A DNA stretch of 40,147 nt, taken from the NCBI GenBank assembly GCA_002633005.1, contig NMRA01000244.1, forward strand, positions 568,482 to 608,628, given 5' to 3'. This document shows, piece after piece, positions 25,781-36,682 of this stretch (within the stretch, counting starts at the first letter, position 1; every line of letters begins with the position of its first letter). The translations under genes and the position numbers were made by a program. The notes under the pieces were generated by a model, which ran no database searches, was not told where the DNA came from, and saw nothing but the letters and a program-made list of their open reading frames with translations. The stretch is from Phoronis australis. Taxonomy: Eukaryota; Animalia; Phoronida.

Positions 25781-26275
25781 ATGAGTGAAGACTCTACGTT
25801 CACATTCACTCTGCCCCAGAGCATCGTCAACACTGCAGCCAGGCTTGCTTCCCGCCAACATCGCAATTTAACCGTCGACGTAAACGACGGCAACGTGAAG
25901 CTAAATATCACAAAGCCCAACTCCAAGTTTGTAACATTCCGCATGCCTGCCCAGTGTGTTGTGCAGAGCAGTCAGGGTCTGTCGTGTTACATTCATAACG
26001 TTGAAGTGGCAAAGAAAGCAAAAACTGTTGAGGTTAAAGTTGAAAAAGTGGGACAGGAAGTGAATGGGGTGCAGGATGAAAAAGGTGGAAGTGTTGAGGA
26101 GGTGGTGTCTTCAGGGGCGGCGACAGAACCTGTGGGTGTGGCAGGCCATGAGGTGAAGCGCGAGGCATCTGGTGAGGGTGCACCTGAGGAAGATACTAGG
26201 ACTGAAGGGGACATGGTGCCTGCAAGGAGGTACAGTACACGGCCACACAAGAAAAGAGTGGTCCAGCTTCTCAGG
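25781..26275 (+). CDS. Zinc-finger gene, coding exon 1 (N-terminal domain plus E/G/V-rich linker)
   Basis: ATG at 25781 in context ccatcATG, preceded by acceptor-like ttctgttccag (AG 25772-25773). Donor AGG|gtaagg at 26276, phase 0 (165 codons). Confidence 0.8.
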
Positions 26276-29200
26276 GTAAGGATGAATGTTTTAAGATCAC
26301 TGGCTTTAAATTCCTACACATGAACATGCAAAACATATTTTTTAAATTACTTTATGATAGACGATTTTCACTAAATTATGCAAAACAAGGATGAGGTTAA
26401 ATGTGCTGCAATACTTTGTGTCAGTTTGAAAAAGAGTCCTCAATATTTTGAAGAAAGTCCTTTGGTATGTTAATAGCCATTTTCTGAAATTAAGGCGATA
26501 AGACAACAGACTGCAGGGGCGTACGGTCAGCGGCCCACAAATTTTGTTGAGTTGACAACGTCAATGTAGTTTTGTGTAGATGTGATCACATGATTACCCA
26601 GCATTCATCATTCTCAAGTCACACTGCCAGTTTTTATTGTCTAGAAAGGTCACCATCCGACTGATAAAGAGATGGTTGTGCCTCGTGACGAGGCAGTTAG
26701 CCAGGTAGATGGCAGCACTGATGACGGTGATATGGGAGTAGAGTTTGACGACGCTAGTGATGATGAGGCAGACGTGGATCTACCCAGGAAACGACGAAGG
26801 AAGCGGGGTACAGCGCCCCCAAGGACTGTCCAACGGAAGCGTCCGTCATACAAACGTGAGGCGAACATCCCTTGTAAGTTGTGTGGTCTTAAGTATAAAG
26901 ATCACTTAGTGTTATTTGGTCACGTCAAGGTGATGCATGAGAACCACGCGGAGAAAGAAGCTTACCGAGAGGAGCTGAAGGAGCTGATGAAGGTTAGTTG
27001 TGACCTCTGTGGGCAGGTGCTGAAGAACAGGATGTTGTTGGATGCACATAAGGTGAGAAAGCACCGAAACCACGTGGAGGCTGCAAGCGGAGAGAAGTTT
27101 GTATGTCAATATTGCTCCAAGGAATTTGAGCATGCCATTTTGCTCCGTGATCACGTAATAAGCTTTCACAAGGAGAAGAAGAAACAGACGTTCTTATGTC
27201 ATCTCTGCCCGGCAAAGTTCAATTCTGCTGCATCGATGAGAGATCACGTGAACTACTTACATGAGAAGAAAGTTTTGTATCAGTGTGAAATGTGCCACAA
27301 GACATTCAATTCACCCAGGTGAGTCACTAGGCAGCAACATGTGGTCTTACCTGTTGACAGTAGCCATGGTGACCAGTTTACGAAAATTCTCTTGCATATG
27401 AGATATATCAAGTATTTCATTTCAAACTAGAATGTCATCAGTTACTGTTTAGTCTTGTTGCTAGGGAACAGAGCTTGTGTCAGCCCACATCTACAACAGG
27501 ATTGATTAGATATGGAACAAGTGTTATACATTTGTTACTAGTTGAAGACTGTTTTCTGGAAGACGAATGTTTTGTTATCATTTGCATATATTATTTTCAT
27601 CAAAAGTTCATGTGAGTTCTCTTGATTATAGCTTAAATAGCTACCTTGACTGACCAGATATGGTCAACACCAGGGTGCTCTGATGTCAAAATGACATTCC
27701 CTGGTCCTTATACGGTGGGCTACATGGCCATCCATAACCAGATACGTCGTCTGTCCAACGTGCTGCAACACCTTAATGACATCCCCTTGTTCTCATTTAC
27801 CCAGGTATTTACAGCGTCACATGACCATCCATGGTCAAGTGTACACAAAGTGTCCTCACTGTCCATACATCACCAAGCATCAATACAACATGAAGCGGCA
27901 CATTATGGACATGCATGAAAGTCAAGACAAGAGAGAGGTGAGGTTAGCAGTGTCTTGGATATAGGCCATTGTCTTGAGTTTTAGACAAGGGAGAGAGGTG
28001 AGGTTAGGAGTGTCTTGGATGTAGTTCATTGTATTGAGTTTTAGACAAGGGAGAGAGGTGAGGTTAGCTGTGTCTTGGATATAGTCTATTGTATTGAGTT
28101 CTAGACAAGGGAGAGAGGTGAGGTTAGCTGTGTCTTGGATATAGTCTATTGTATTGAGTTCTAGAAGGGAGAGAGGTGAGGTTAGCTGTGTCTTGGATAT
28201 AGTCTATTGTATTGAGTTCTAGACAAAAGAGAGGGGGGAGGTTAGCAGTGTCTTCAGTATCGTCCAATGTCTTGAGTTCTAGACAGTAATGTGAACACTT
28301 TTCAGTGTCATTTTTGCTGATAAGGGATACACTTGCAGTTTTGTTTGTCAGATTGGCCAGTTCAAAGGATGCACACATGCATTTATGAGTTAACTGCAGA
28401 CAGTGGACATGTTTCAACTCCCAGTGTCACTTTGAAAGCTCTACTGGTGGTGACAACACAGTCAAACAAACTACTGGCAAAAATGTGTGCTTGACATGTA
28501 TTTAGTCCGATGTTGTATTATGTAAGACAGTTATGGGCAGTCCTACCTTGTGCATATTCATCCTTGTCAATTTGGTTTTATAAAATGTTCAAGTTTATTA
28601 TTTAATTAATTTCGGACTATGTTATACTCACTGATAAACTTTAAGTTAGTAATGGTATTATCATCAAATTCTCAATGCCTTAGTTGGTAATATGTCACGT
28701 GATCTCCTATGACATGACAACAAGATGACAATGGAGTCGGCTGCCGGCTGGTGGTGTTTGATTGTCAAACTCACTGTCAGAATCTTTTAATGGCAGAGTN
28801 TAGTCCATTGTATTGAGGTTTAGACAAGAGAGAGAGAGGTGAGGTTAGCAGTGTCTTGGATATGGTCTATTGTATTGAGTTTTAGACAAGGGAGAGAGGT
28901 GAGGTTAAGAGTGTCTTGGATATAGTCTATTGTCTTGAGTTCTAGACAAAAGAGAGTGGGGAGGTTAGCAGCGTCTTCAGTATCGTCCAATGTCTTGAGT
29001 TCTAGACAGTAATGTGAACACTTTTCAGTGTCATTTTTGCTGATAAGTGATACACTTGCAGTTTTGTTTGTCAGATTGGCCAGTTCAAAGGATGCACACA
29101 GGCATTTATGAGTTAATTGCTGACAGTGGACATCTTTCAACTCCCAGTGTCACTTTGAAAGCTCTACTGGTGGTGACAACACAGTCAAACAAACTACTGG

Positions 29201-31416
29201 CAAAAACGTGTGCTTGACATGTATTTAGTCCGTTGTTGTATTATTGAAGACAGTTATGGGCAGTCCTACCTTGTGCATATTCATCCTTGTCAATTTGGTT
29301 TTATAAAATGTTCAAGTTTATTATTTAATTAATTTCGGACTATGTTATACTCACTGATAAACTTTAAGTTAGTAATGGTATTATCATCAAATTCTCAATG
29401 CCTTAGTTGGTAATATGTCACGTGATCTCCTATGACATGACAACAAGATGACAATGGAGTCGGCTGCCGGCTGGTGGTGTTTGATTGTCAAACTCACTGT
29501 CAGAATCTTTTAATGGCAGAGTTCTTTCGTTTGCCCATCATTCGTACTCATCCAAAAGGTTCACACTGGCACTGTTTGAATCCTGTTCATGTTGACCACT
29601 GGTGTACATTTCAGCGGTTTTTGAAATTCAATGAGTCAGCTTTGTATCACCAACAGCTCTGCATAAAAACATTTTAAAAATCTAAACGATTATCAGATAA
29701 GTCTTTGGGTTATTTGTCACTTGTTAACATAACCTTAATTGATTACCTTCACTCAACTTGTTAGCAGTGAATATAGTTTGCTATAGCAGCACTTTAACAT
29801 AAACTGTTTAGTACACACTGTATTGCTTTGCGATCCACGGTCTCCCTTACCATAGTTATCAAATCTCCATTTTCCTCATCCATATTGCAGACGGTGCCCT
29901 GTACCCTGTGTGACAAAGAGTTCAAGAATGTTCAGAACATGCAGGTGCACTTGAACCACATCCATTACAAGATAACACCCTACTACTGTTCACTGTGTAA
30001 GAGATACCTGGCTAGGAAGAACGATCTGATGGATCACGCTGGGAAATACCACCCAGGTGAGTAGGGAATTAAAATCCACTACGAGATCATTGTTCGCTAT
30101 GTAAGAAGTAATGTCCCCAAGTCACTGCAAACATGAGACAAACGTAGGGTAAGGGCCATGCCGGAGGAGAGCTACTCTCCTCAATTGCAAATATGCCCCG
30201 CCCATAGCTCAGGTCTGTAGCAAAATGAACTGTGAGGATTTTGCCCCATGAGGTGGTGAGGCGAATGCCTCTATTGTTGAAGTTCTGCAATGTTGCAAGC
30301 ATGCATCCTCACAGCGTAATAATCTGTTATCTTTGGTAGCCAATGAAAATTGTTGATCACCTGACAACAACAAATCACATTCACTCCTTGTAATCATGTG
30401 TTACACTGGTTACTATGGACATAGTTTACAGGTCAGTGAGCGTTTTAACTCTAGTGTGTGGGTAACAGTGACACAAGGTCAAGTCACTTGAAGACCACAG
30501 GTCAACTTGTAGCTTTCCATCTGCACTGGCCCTTGTGATCCAAGAATTCTTGGGTCATCGTTGTGATTCCTGTTACAGTGTCTGTGAAATTGGTGCAGAC
30601 GTGAGTGTCGTGGTTATATAAACTTTGGGAAGAGATGCATCACTGTTTTTCCTGAAATAACGCAATGTGTTTACTCTAAGCTTTGTCTTATAAAGTAAAA
30701 CTGGTTGACTTGTCAGTGAAACAGCTTCCAAGATAATTATCCAATACAGGCCTACTTAAAAGACTGGCGCATGCGAAATTTGGCCCTACTTCTCAGGGTT
30801 AAGCTTTTCACAAAGACGCTACAGTAGCCTACAAAATTTCTTCTTGACGGAAATCGGTGAAATTTCGGGTAAAAAATTATGGCTTGTTTTCAAAAGATTT
30901 AGTGTAGTTTGTCTGGTTTCTATGTCAGTTTTTGTAATAATTTTGATGAAGCCCCACAAATTGTGACGATGTTTGTAGGAACTTTTTTGAAAAGTACCAT
31001 TGTTATAAGTGATCACTGTGATAAATTTTAGGCTAAGAAGTGAACACTAGTTTAATGGTAGTGTGCTTGTTGAATAGTTCTGTGTGTGTCTGGATGTCTG
31101 ACAGTGATGGCTGTGTATTTGTCACTCAGGTATGGTTGTGTTGGAGTCAGAAGACACCAAGATTTCTAAGTCTGATGACGGCAAATACAAGGAACCTAAA
31201 ATGCAGATAGTTGATCGCAACATTCTCTTCCTCACTAACGACGCGGGAGAGATCGTAAAATCACAGATGGATGACCTCTCTCCAGCAGAGGTCACTGTTC
31301 AGGTTGATGATGCGGCAACTGACGAACAATCAAATAAGGACCTGATTGATATTAGCTCTGCAGCAGCAGTGTTAGAGAGTCTTGTAGCTGAGGTGGTCAA
31401 TGTACAGACACAATAG
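25781..31416 (+). CDS. Multi-exon C2H2 zinc-finger protein gene (8 fingers, 584 aa), putative transcription factor; join(25781..26275,26645..27318,27805..27937,29891..30056,31130..31416)
   Basis: Exon lengths 495+674+133+166+287 = 1755 nt, giving one open frame from ATG to TAG. All introns are GT-AG with consistent phases. Finger 5 (CEMCHKTFNSPR|YLQRHMTIH) is completed only by splicing. Confidence 0.9.
26645..27318 (+). CDS. Zinc-finger gene, coding exon 2 (acidic stretch, NLS PRKRRRKR, fingers 1-4 and first half of finger 5)
   Basis: Acceptor tttttattgtctag|AAA, in frame with ORF 26672..27322. Four CxxC-x12-H-x4-H fingers. Donor AG|gtgagt at 27319, phase 2. Confidence 0.95.
27805..27937 (+). 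CDS. Zinc-finger gene, coding exon 3 (end of finger 5, finger 6)
   Basis: Acceptor ttctcatttacccag|G completes the AGG codon. Encodes YLQRHMTIH and CPHCPYITKHQYNMKRHIMDMH. Donor GAG|gtgagg at 27938, phase 0. Confidence 0.92.
27925..28285 (+). repeat. ~60-bp minisatellite (about 6 units) starting inside exon 3 and containing its splice donor
   Basis: Unit AGACAAGGGAGAGAG|GTGAGGTTAGCTGTGTCTTGGATATAGTCTATTGTATTGAGTTCT, starting at 27925, 27983, 28043, 28103, 28163 and 28221. Confidence 0.95.
28082..29522 (+). repeat. ~720-bp tandem duplication in intron 3 (28082-28799 and 28801-29522), joined by N at 28800
   Basis: Both copies run from minisatellite units through gtaatgtgaacacttttc to taatggcagagt, with few substitutions. 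Confidence 0.92.
29891..30056 (+). CDS. Zinc-finger gene, coding exon 4 (fingers 7-8)
   Basis: Acceptor catattgcag|ACG. Encodes CTLCDKEFKNVQNMQVHLNHIH and CSLCKRYLARKNDLMDHAGKYH. Donor G|gtgagt at 30057, phase 1. Confidence 0.92.
30190..30397 (-). pseudogene. Possible CUB-domain-like coding relic, antisense in intron 4
   Basis: Minus frames give SECDLLLSGD...DNRLLRCE then, after a frameshift, IRLTTSWGKILTVHFATDLSYGRGIF, resembling the CUB C-terminal pattern SxGNxLTVxFxTDxSxxxxGF. Confidence 0.35.
31130..31416 (+). CDS. Zinc-finger gene, last coding exon (acidic C-terminal tail)
   Basis: Acceptor gtatttgtcactcag|GT gives G+GT = Gly, in frame with ORF 31132..31416. Ends at TAG. Confidence 0.85.
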
Positions 31417-31607
31417 TAGGGTGAGATGGGAACATTAGACGCACATATACTGACCTCTGTGGGTTGCCAAGATTACAGTGGTATTTTTTACTTGATTTGG
31501 TATGAAATGTGGAATCCACATTCATTGATGATTCGTTGTTAATGACATGAGTACATTGTAGTACAGTGGGTAAACAAAATTTGCAGTGTCTCATTTGATG
31601 ACCACAA

Positions 31608-31644
31608 GATGATGATGATAATGGTAATAACAATCATAATAATA
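31608..31644 (+). repeat. Degenerate (GAT)n/(AAT)n microsatellite
   Basis: gatgatgatgataatggtaataacaatcataataata, directly 5' of the LINE fragment. Confidence 0.7.
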
Positions 31645-31649
31645 GGAAC

Positions 31650-32095
31650 TCTAAATTCACTAGATATAGTGTTGTGGTCAGACAGTAAGAAGACAGTGAT
31701 TTTGATAGAGTTAACAGTGCCGTAGGAGACTAGAGTGCAGGAGGCTCACGAGAGGAGACTACTCAAGTACGCAGAGCTATCGCAGGAATGTGCAGTGAAT
31801 GGATGGAAATGCTTCTGTCTCCCCATAGAAGTTGGATGTCGAGGGTTCATAGCTGGCAGCATGTGGCGGATGACAAAGTTACTGGGTATTTCATCAAGAG
31901 GGCGAGCTGGTATGTTTAAGTCTACTGTAAGAGCAGCGGAGGAAGCAACCGTGTGGCTGTGGTTACAGCGTGAGAACAAATGGCAACCCCAGCGTCGGCT
32001 GGAGGTCTGATCAGCCTTCAGAGACCTACCATCAGAGAGGGTTCTAGGTCAAGGTCGAAACCCACGATGAAGGTGGACTCCTAGCTGACGTCGAT
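31650..32095 (+). mobile_element. 5'-truncated non-LTR retrotransposon: restriction-like endonuclease domain plus 3' UTR (Hero-like, R2 group)
   Basis: (L)DIVLWSDSKKTVILIELTVP*ETRVQEAHERRLLKYAELSQECAVNGWKCFCLPIEVGCRGF...AEEATVWLWLQR matches the RLE pattern PD-x-E-L-T-V-P-W-E, KxxKY, EVGxRG. Trp-to-TAG at 31723-31725. Confidence 0.88.
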
Positions 32096-33203
32096 GCTGG
32101 GTAGCAGATACCACAATGTTTACCAGTAAGTTAAGTGAAATAAACAATCCTGCTTGAGTATAGGCATCGGTTCGTTTAAGTAGTCGGCACGTGGGACTCT
32201 TAATCCACATGCGCCCTCTATTGTCGAACAACTTCCTGTTTTCCAAACTCAAAGAGGGACTCATTGATCAGTAGCTCCTCACAGTGAATGTAGAGATTTC
32301 CAATATTGACGAGACATAAGGTCGAGTGTTGATCTACTTGTTAACCGTGTCTCATGAACAGTTTTCAACACGTTATTACCAGATTTGTTTGAAGACTTTG
32401 GAAGCTAATTGTTTTCCATACAGGCTGTTTGCTGGTCTGTAAGATCTTTTTATGGTTTGTGTTTCAACAAACTGCTATGGTTCTTGCATAATGTTTGGAG
32501 TGTCCCAATTTTAAATGCTGCAACTGCTTTGACTTGGCTTCTATAAAATTGGTGTGTTGCAAGGGTGGCACAGCACTGACAAAAATGGAGGGGGGGGCTA
32601 TAGTTCCCCCAGCCTCCTATGGTGTGCCGCCTATGTGTTGAAATCCTTGCGTATTGATGTCTACCTTAGATAATTTTTTTATTGCAATTTAAAACTGTGC
32701 ATTGATTCACCATGGTAACCAAGTCATTTGAAGATTTCAGTCTGTTCAGAAAAATTTAATACTGTTGCCCCGAACTTAGTGTGAATGTCACTGTGAAATA
32801 GTATTGAATGTATTAAAGCTTGTTGTTACGGATAGTGTTGCCAGCGCCACACTCAGGGCCCAAACACAAGTATCAACTCTTGCACACAGATCACATGCGA
32901 CTAGTGATTTGTTGTGTGTGGCAACATTTATGGTTAACTTTATTAGTGGACGTTTGATATAGCTCACTGCTTAGCTAAGCAGGACTAGACTGCAGATGTT
33001 AATGAAAGATATCTGTTAGTGGATTTAATGTTCAGTATTGGAATACGTGTTTAATTTGGAGGTGCAGCTCTGTCTATTGGTGATTAGAACTGATTATTGT
33101 GCAATTGTGGGTGGTATCTCTGCCATAGTTGTTGATTTACGACTTGTTATTGTGCTGTATCTATAGTAACCATTCTTGCCGTGTACAGGCAGGACTCTTT
33201 ATT

Positions 33204-33298
33204 ATTAAAGATGTGTTGTCCTGAAAGCCAGCAACTGTTCAGTTAGTCCTTTCAAGAATTGCGCAATAACATCGATCTTTTCAACTTTGGATAATAAA
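33204..33298 (+). terminator. Candidate polyadenylation signals of the zinc-finger gene (ATTAAA 33204, AATAAA 33293; also ATTAAA 32812)
   Basis: Hexamers lie where the T/G-rich sense bias of the gene ends. Not confirmed. Confidence 0.3.
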
Positions 33299-35819
33299 CC
33301 ATTTCAGAAATTTGAGAGTCGTGTACTGTTCACTATAATTCCCAAACCACGTAAACTCCTGGACGTAGGTTGACACTACTGACTACCGTAACCGGGGAAA
33401 TCAACAACAAAATGATCTTCAAAGAATTTATTCTCACTGAACTGTTGTTGTTTTGAAAACAAAAATTTCGAATTCAGACTAGTCATTATTCATTAAACAA
33501 CTTAATGAAACGTAAGAATACTGAAATAATGCACATTATTTCTCAAACTTTCATGTTCGTTGCAAAAAAAAACTCGAATGCTTCATACTTTCATATTGGT
33601 AGCACAAAACTGGGGAATAATTCACCATTTGAAAATCATGGTTAGGTGATGCATGCTAGTAAACGTTAAAACAAACATTAAAGAAGCTGACATCAAACTG
33701 AGACTTATGGTGGACACAAAATCATTTTCGTTTCCCTTTCTCTACAAAAACTCTAAATAACCTTCATTGGTTCACTTTATTCACTGTCCTATTTGGCGGA
33801 AGTACAATTCTTGCACTTTTACCAAGACAATACTGGACTTACACAACACAGCACTGCAACAGTAAAATTGTGATCAGCTGCAAAAGACTCGTTTACCTCT
33901 ACTAAAGATCACCCACACAGCAGTGTTAAGATTGAACAGAACCTCAAATAAGCAATTCGAGATTCCTACAGGTCAGAATGTGAAAGGCAATGCATTGCCC
34001 TCACTGAACTTCCAACTACCACCAACTTGAGAAGTTGCATAAAAAAGACTCGAGGCCCAAATGTTTATTTAACAATTTGAAAATATAAAAACAAGATGTA
34101 GGTACTTGAAACAGTGGATATTTCAGTTAGGATGGACTTCAGCCATTCTATGATGGCTTTAGTTTTTAGAAATTTTATACGTTTTAGAAACTCAAGTCGC
34201 CTCGTAGTTGGCGGTGGTTGGAACCATACAATAATACGACCACATTGGAAAGTTTCACACTAGTTACCTTGTTTATGTATACTGGGTTATGGGGGTTAAA
34301 GGAGAAACCGAAGCACTGCTCGATGCAAGAAACACTTGCTTCGAAACATGCATCTTTAACATTATCCTAAACTCCACAAACAGAAAGTTTCCAATGTACG
34401 CCATTGAGAAAGAAAATTCAGATATGCAAATTACCTATAGGCCTATTGTGGTTTGGCTCGCACAAAACTATCAACTAACTGGATGCGAACTTTTCTGTCG
34501 CATTATCTACTTGAGGTCACCAAAACATATCAGGTCAGAATAATTGGCACATCTATTTTCTGATAAATCGTTAAAAATAAAATGTGGATCTTGTGAATTA
34601 ATGTTCAAAGTTAATTCATAAGAAACACAGAACAGTAACTTATAAATACACATGAACATTCTAAAAACATAGATATGTATCTATAAAAAAGGCCCGCAGC
34701 ACTAAAACATGCTTCAAGAAAGTAGCTAGACAACTATGGATGTTATGGGGGGAGGGGTATTTTGCTTGTTTTAGTGTTGCGGGCTACAATTTGTACCAGA
34801 GAATAACAGTTCATGTTACAACATATTGAGCTAGTGAACACTGCCACCTTGAAGACTGCACACATACTTCATAATACTGCTGACTGAAGCTCAACTATGA
34901 CTCGCAAACCAGGATGATGTACACGAGTGATAACAGAGAGAAGTTCACACGATTAACATGCACTAGGGACCCAGACTGCCACCAAGATTTGTTTTAGGTC
35001 AGTCCACATGACAGTCACACCACGTTACAACAGGTTTGGCTTACATGAGCTCTTTTGTAACGTTTCTTTCCAAAAGTCCCCAGTCAGCTCAGTAATAGTC
35101 GCACCTAGTTACAATGAACCTCCCATGACTTATCAAAGACGTTCATTGTAACCACAGTAACTTTTAAAAGAAAATAAATACCATAGAATTGTTTACTCGC
35201 CATTTTTATATGTAAAGCTGTCTATTCGTATGCAGAAAATCACGTCGGTGCATCACGCACTATGCATAAATGATACAAAGCCGAGAAGTCTGCGCATGAT
35301 CTATTTTTAGCTTCACATGAGCGATTCACTGGGACACCGAAACTGGAACATCATAATCATGTGAACGTAGCATTCGTGTTCGTTAAAACAAAGCCTAGAA
35401 AATGGTATTTTACAGAATGGAACATCAGAGTTGGATGTAACACCATTCAACCATATACAGTACACCATTCAACCATATACAATGTGATTGTTACAGCAAA
35501 CTTTCCATATAACAAACACCCTAGACAATTCCTCGCAGTGTTCCTGGTGGTGCAGTTCGACTACAAGCATAAAACAACTGGACCATTGAGCTGTATTGAG
35601 TCACATTGAAGTCTATCAATTGACTAATTCAAAGATTACGTAGGACCCTCAAAAAATTCCAAATCTGGCCAACTTAGGAACATCTTATCTCAGTTATTTT
35701 TTCCAAAAAAACATGGTCACATGACCCAATACATGGCAGATTGGTATCAAGTCTTTCTAGTTTCAGAAAGTTTACATCTTTACCGAGTTAAAATCTATTG
35801 TTTTGTAGATATTTGGCTA

Positions 35820-35948
35820 AATACAGCGAGAAGTTAACAAGGTTCTACCTAACCACACATTCAATACAGTAACAAGTTAACAAGGTCCTACCTAACCACA
35901 CAATCAATACAGTGAAAAGTTAACAAGGTCCCACATAACCTCACATTC
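35820..35948. repeat. 43-bp tandem repeat x3
   Basis: AATACAG..A.AAGTTAACAAGGTCCTACCTAACCACACATTC at 35820, 35863 and 35906. Confidence 0.9.
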
Positions 35949-36339
35949 AATCAGAATAAACTTAAAATAATAAGGAAAAGAATTCATTGACACATCCACA
36001 TACTGAAAATGAAAATGAGATTAAGTTAAAGTTGTAAACTAAGGATGCAACACAATAGCCTATAACACCCCACTCAACAGAAGACAAACCACTGAACACT
36101 CCACTACAACCCTATTTCCAACAGTGACGTAAGGCATACTAACTACAAACATCTACAGCATCAGCAAACATGCGCCCTATAACGTTCAAACTCATTTTAT
36201 TCTCCACAAAAGCCATATTGCATCTTGCTTTCTAAACTGATTACTTTGTGACCTAAAATTGTTGGTTGAGATGCAGTCTACATTTTACTGTAGAAGCACC
36301 ACAGTGAACATGGCACAAACAACAGGAGATGTAACGACA

Positions 36340-36460
36340 ATGATCAAGTTCACAACATTGTGTGACGCATTATGCCTATGATCAAGTTCACTACATTGTG
36401 CTAGACGTTATGGCTGTGATCTGCCATGATAGTTCACAACATTGTGCGAGGCATTATGCA
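36340..36460. repeat. Degenerate ~38-bp tandem repeat x3
   Basis: tgatcaagttcacaacattgtg...cattatgc repeated. Confidence 0.7.
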
Positions 36461-36682
36461 ACACTCATTATGCTTCAGTCATCTCCCTTCAGTTACATTG
36501 ACACTACACTGAGTATCTTCTTGCTAAAACTCAACAATTTGCATTATCTTAAAATTAACATATTCAAACTTGAACCACCATCATTGGCAGCAAACAAAGT
36601 TTCATTCACTTCATAACATAGTTTTTGTCTGATTTCAAACAATAGAATTCAAGCCAATGCAATCTACAACACAACTGTGATT

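Noticed and set aside
25993-27215. Minus-strand ORFs overlapping exons 1-2
   Set aside because: Antisense shadows of the GC-richer coding exons.
27925-28285. CRISPR-like regular repeats
   Set aside because: Units are contiguous with no unique spacers, there are no cas genes, and the context is a eukaryotic intron.
28124-29140. Two similar minus-strand ORFs (97 and 106 aa) as a gene pair
   Set aside because: They are by-products of the 60-bp repeat and the N-joined duplication, antisense within an intron.
32030-32095. Hammerhead ribozyme (GAAAC and CTGA present)
   Set aside because: There is no CUGANGA core in the right order with stems I and II; treated only as a stem-loop.
33384-33400. 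TA-CCGTAACCGGGG, resembling a Tc1/mariner-pogo MITE end
   Set aside because: No matching opposite end seen.
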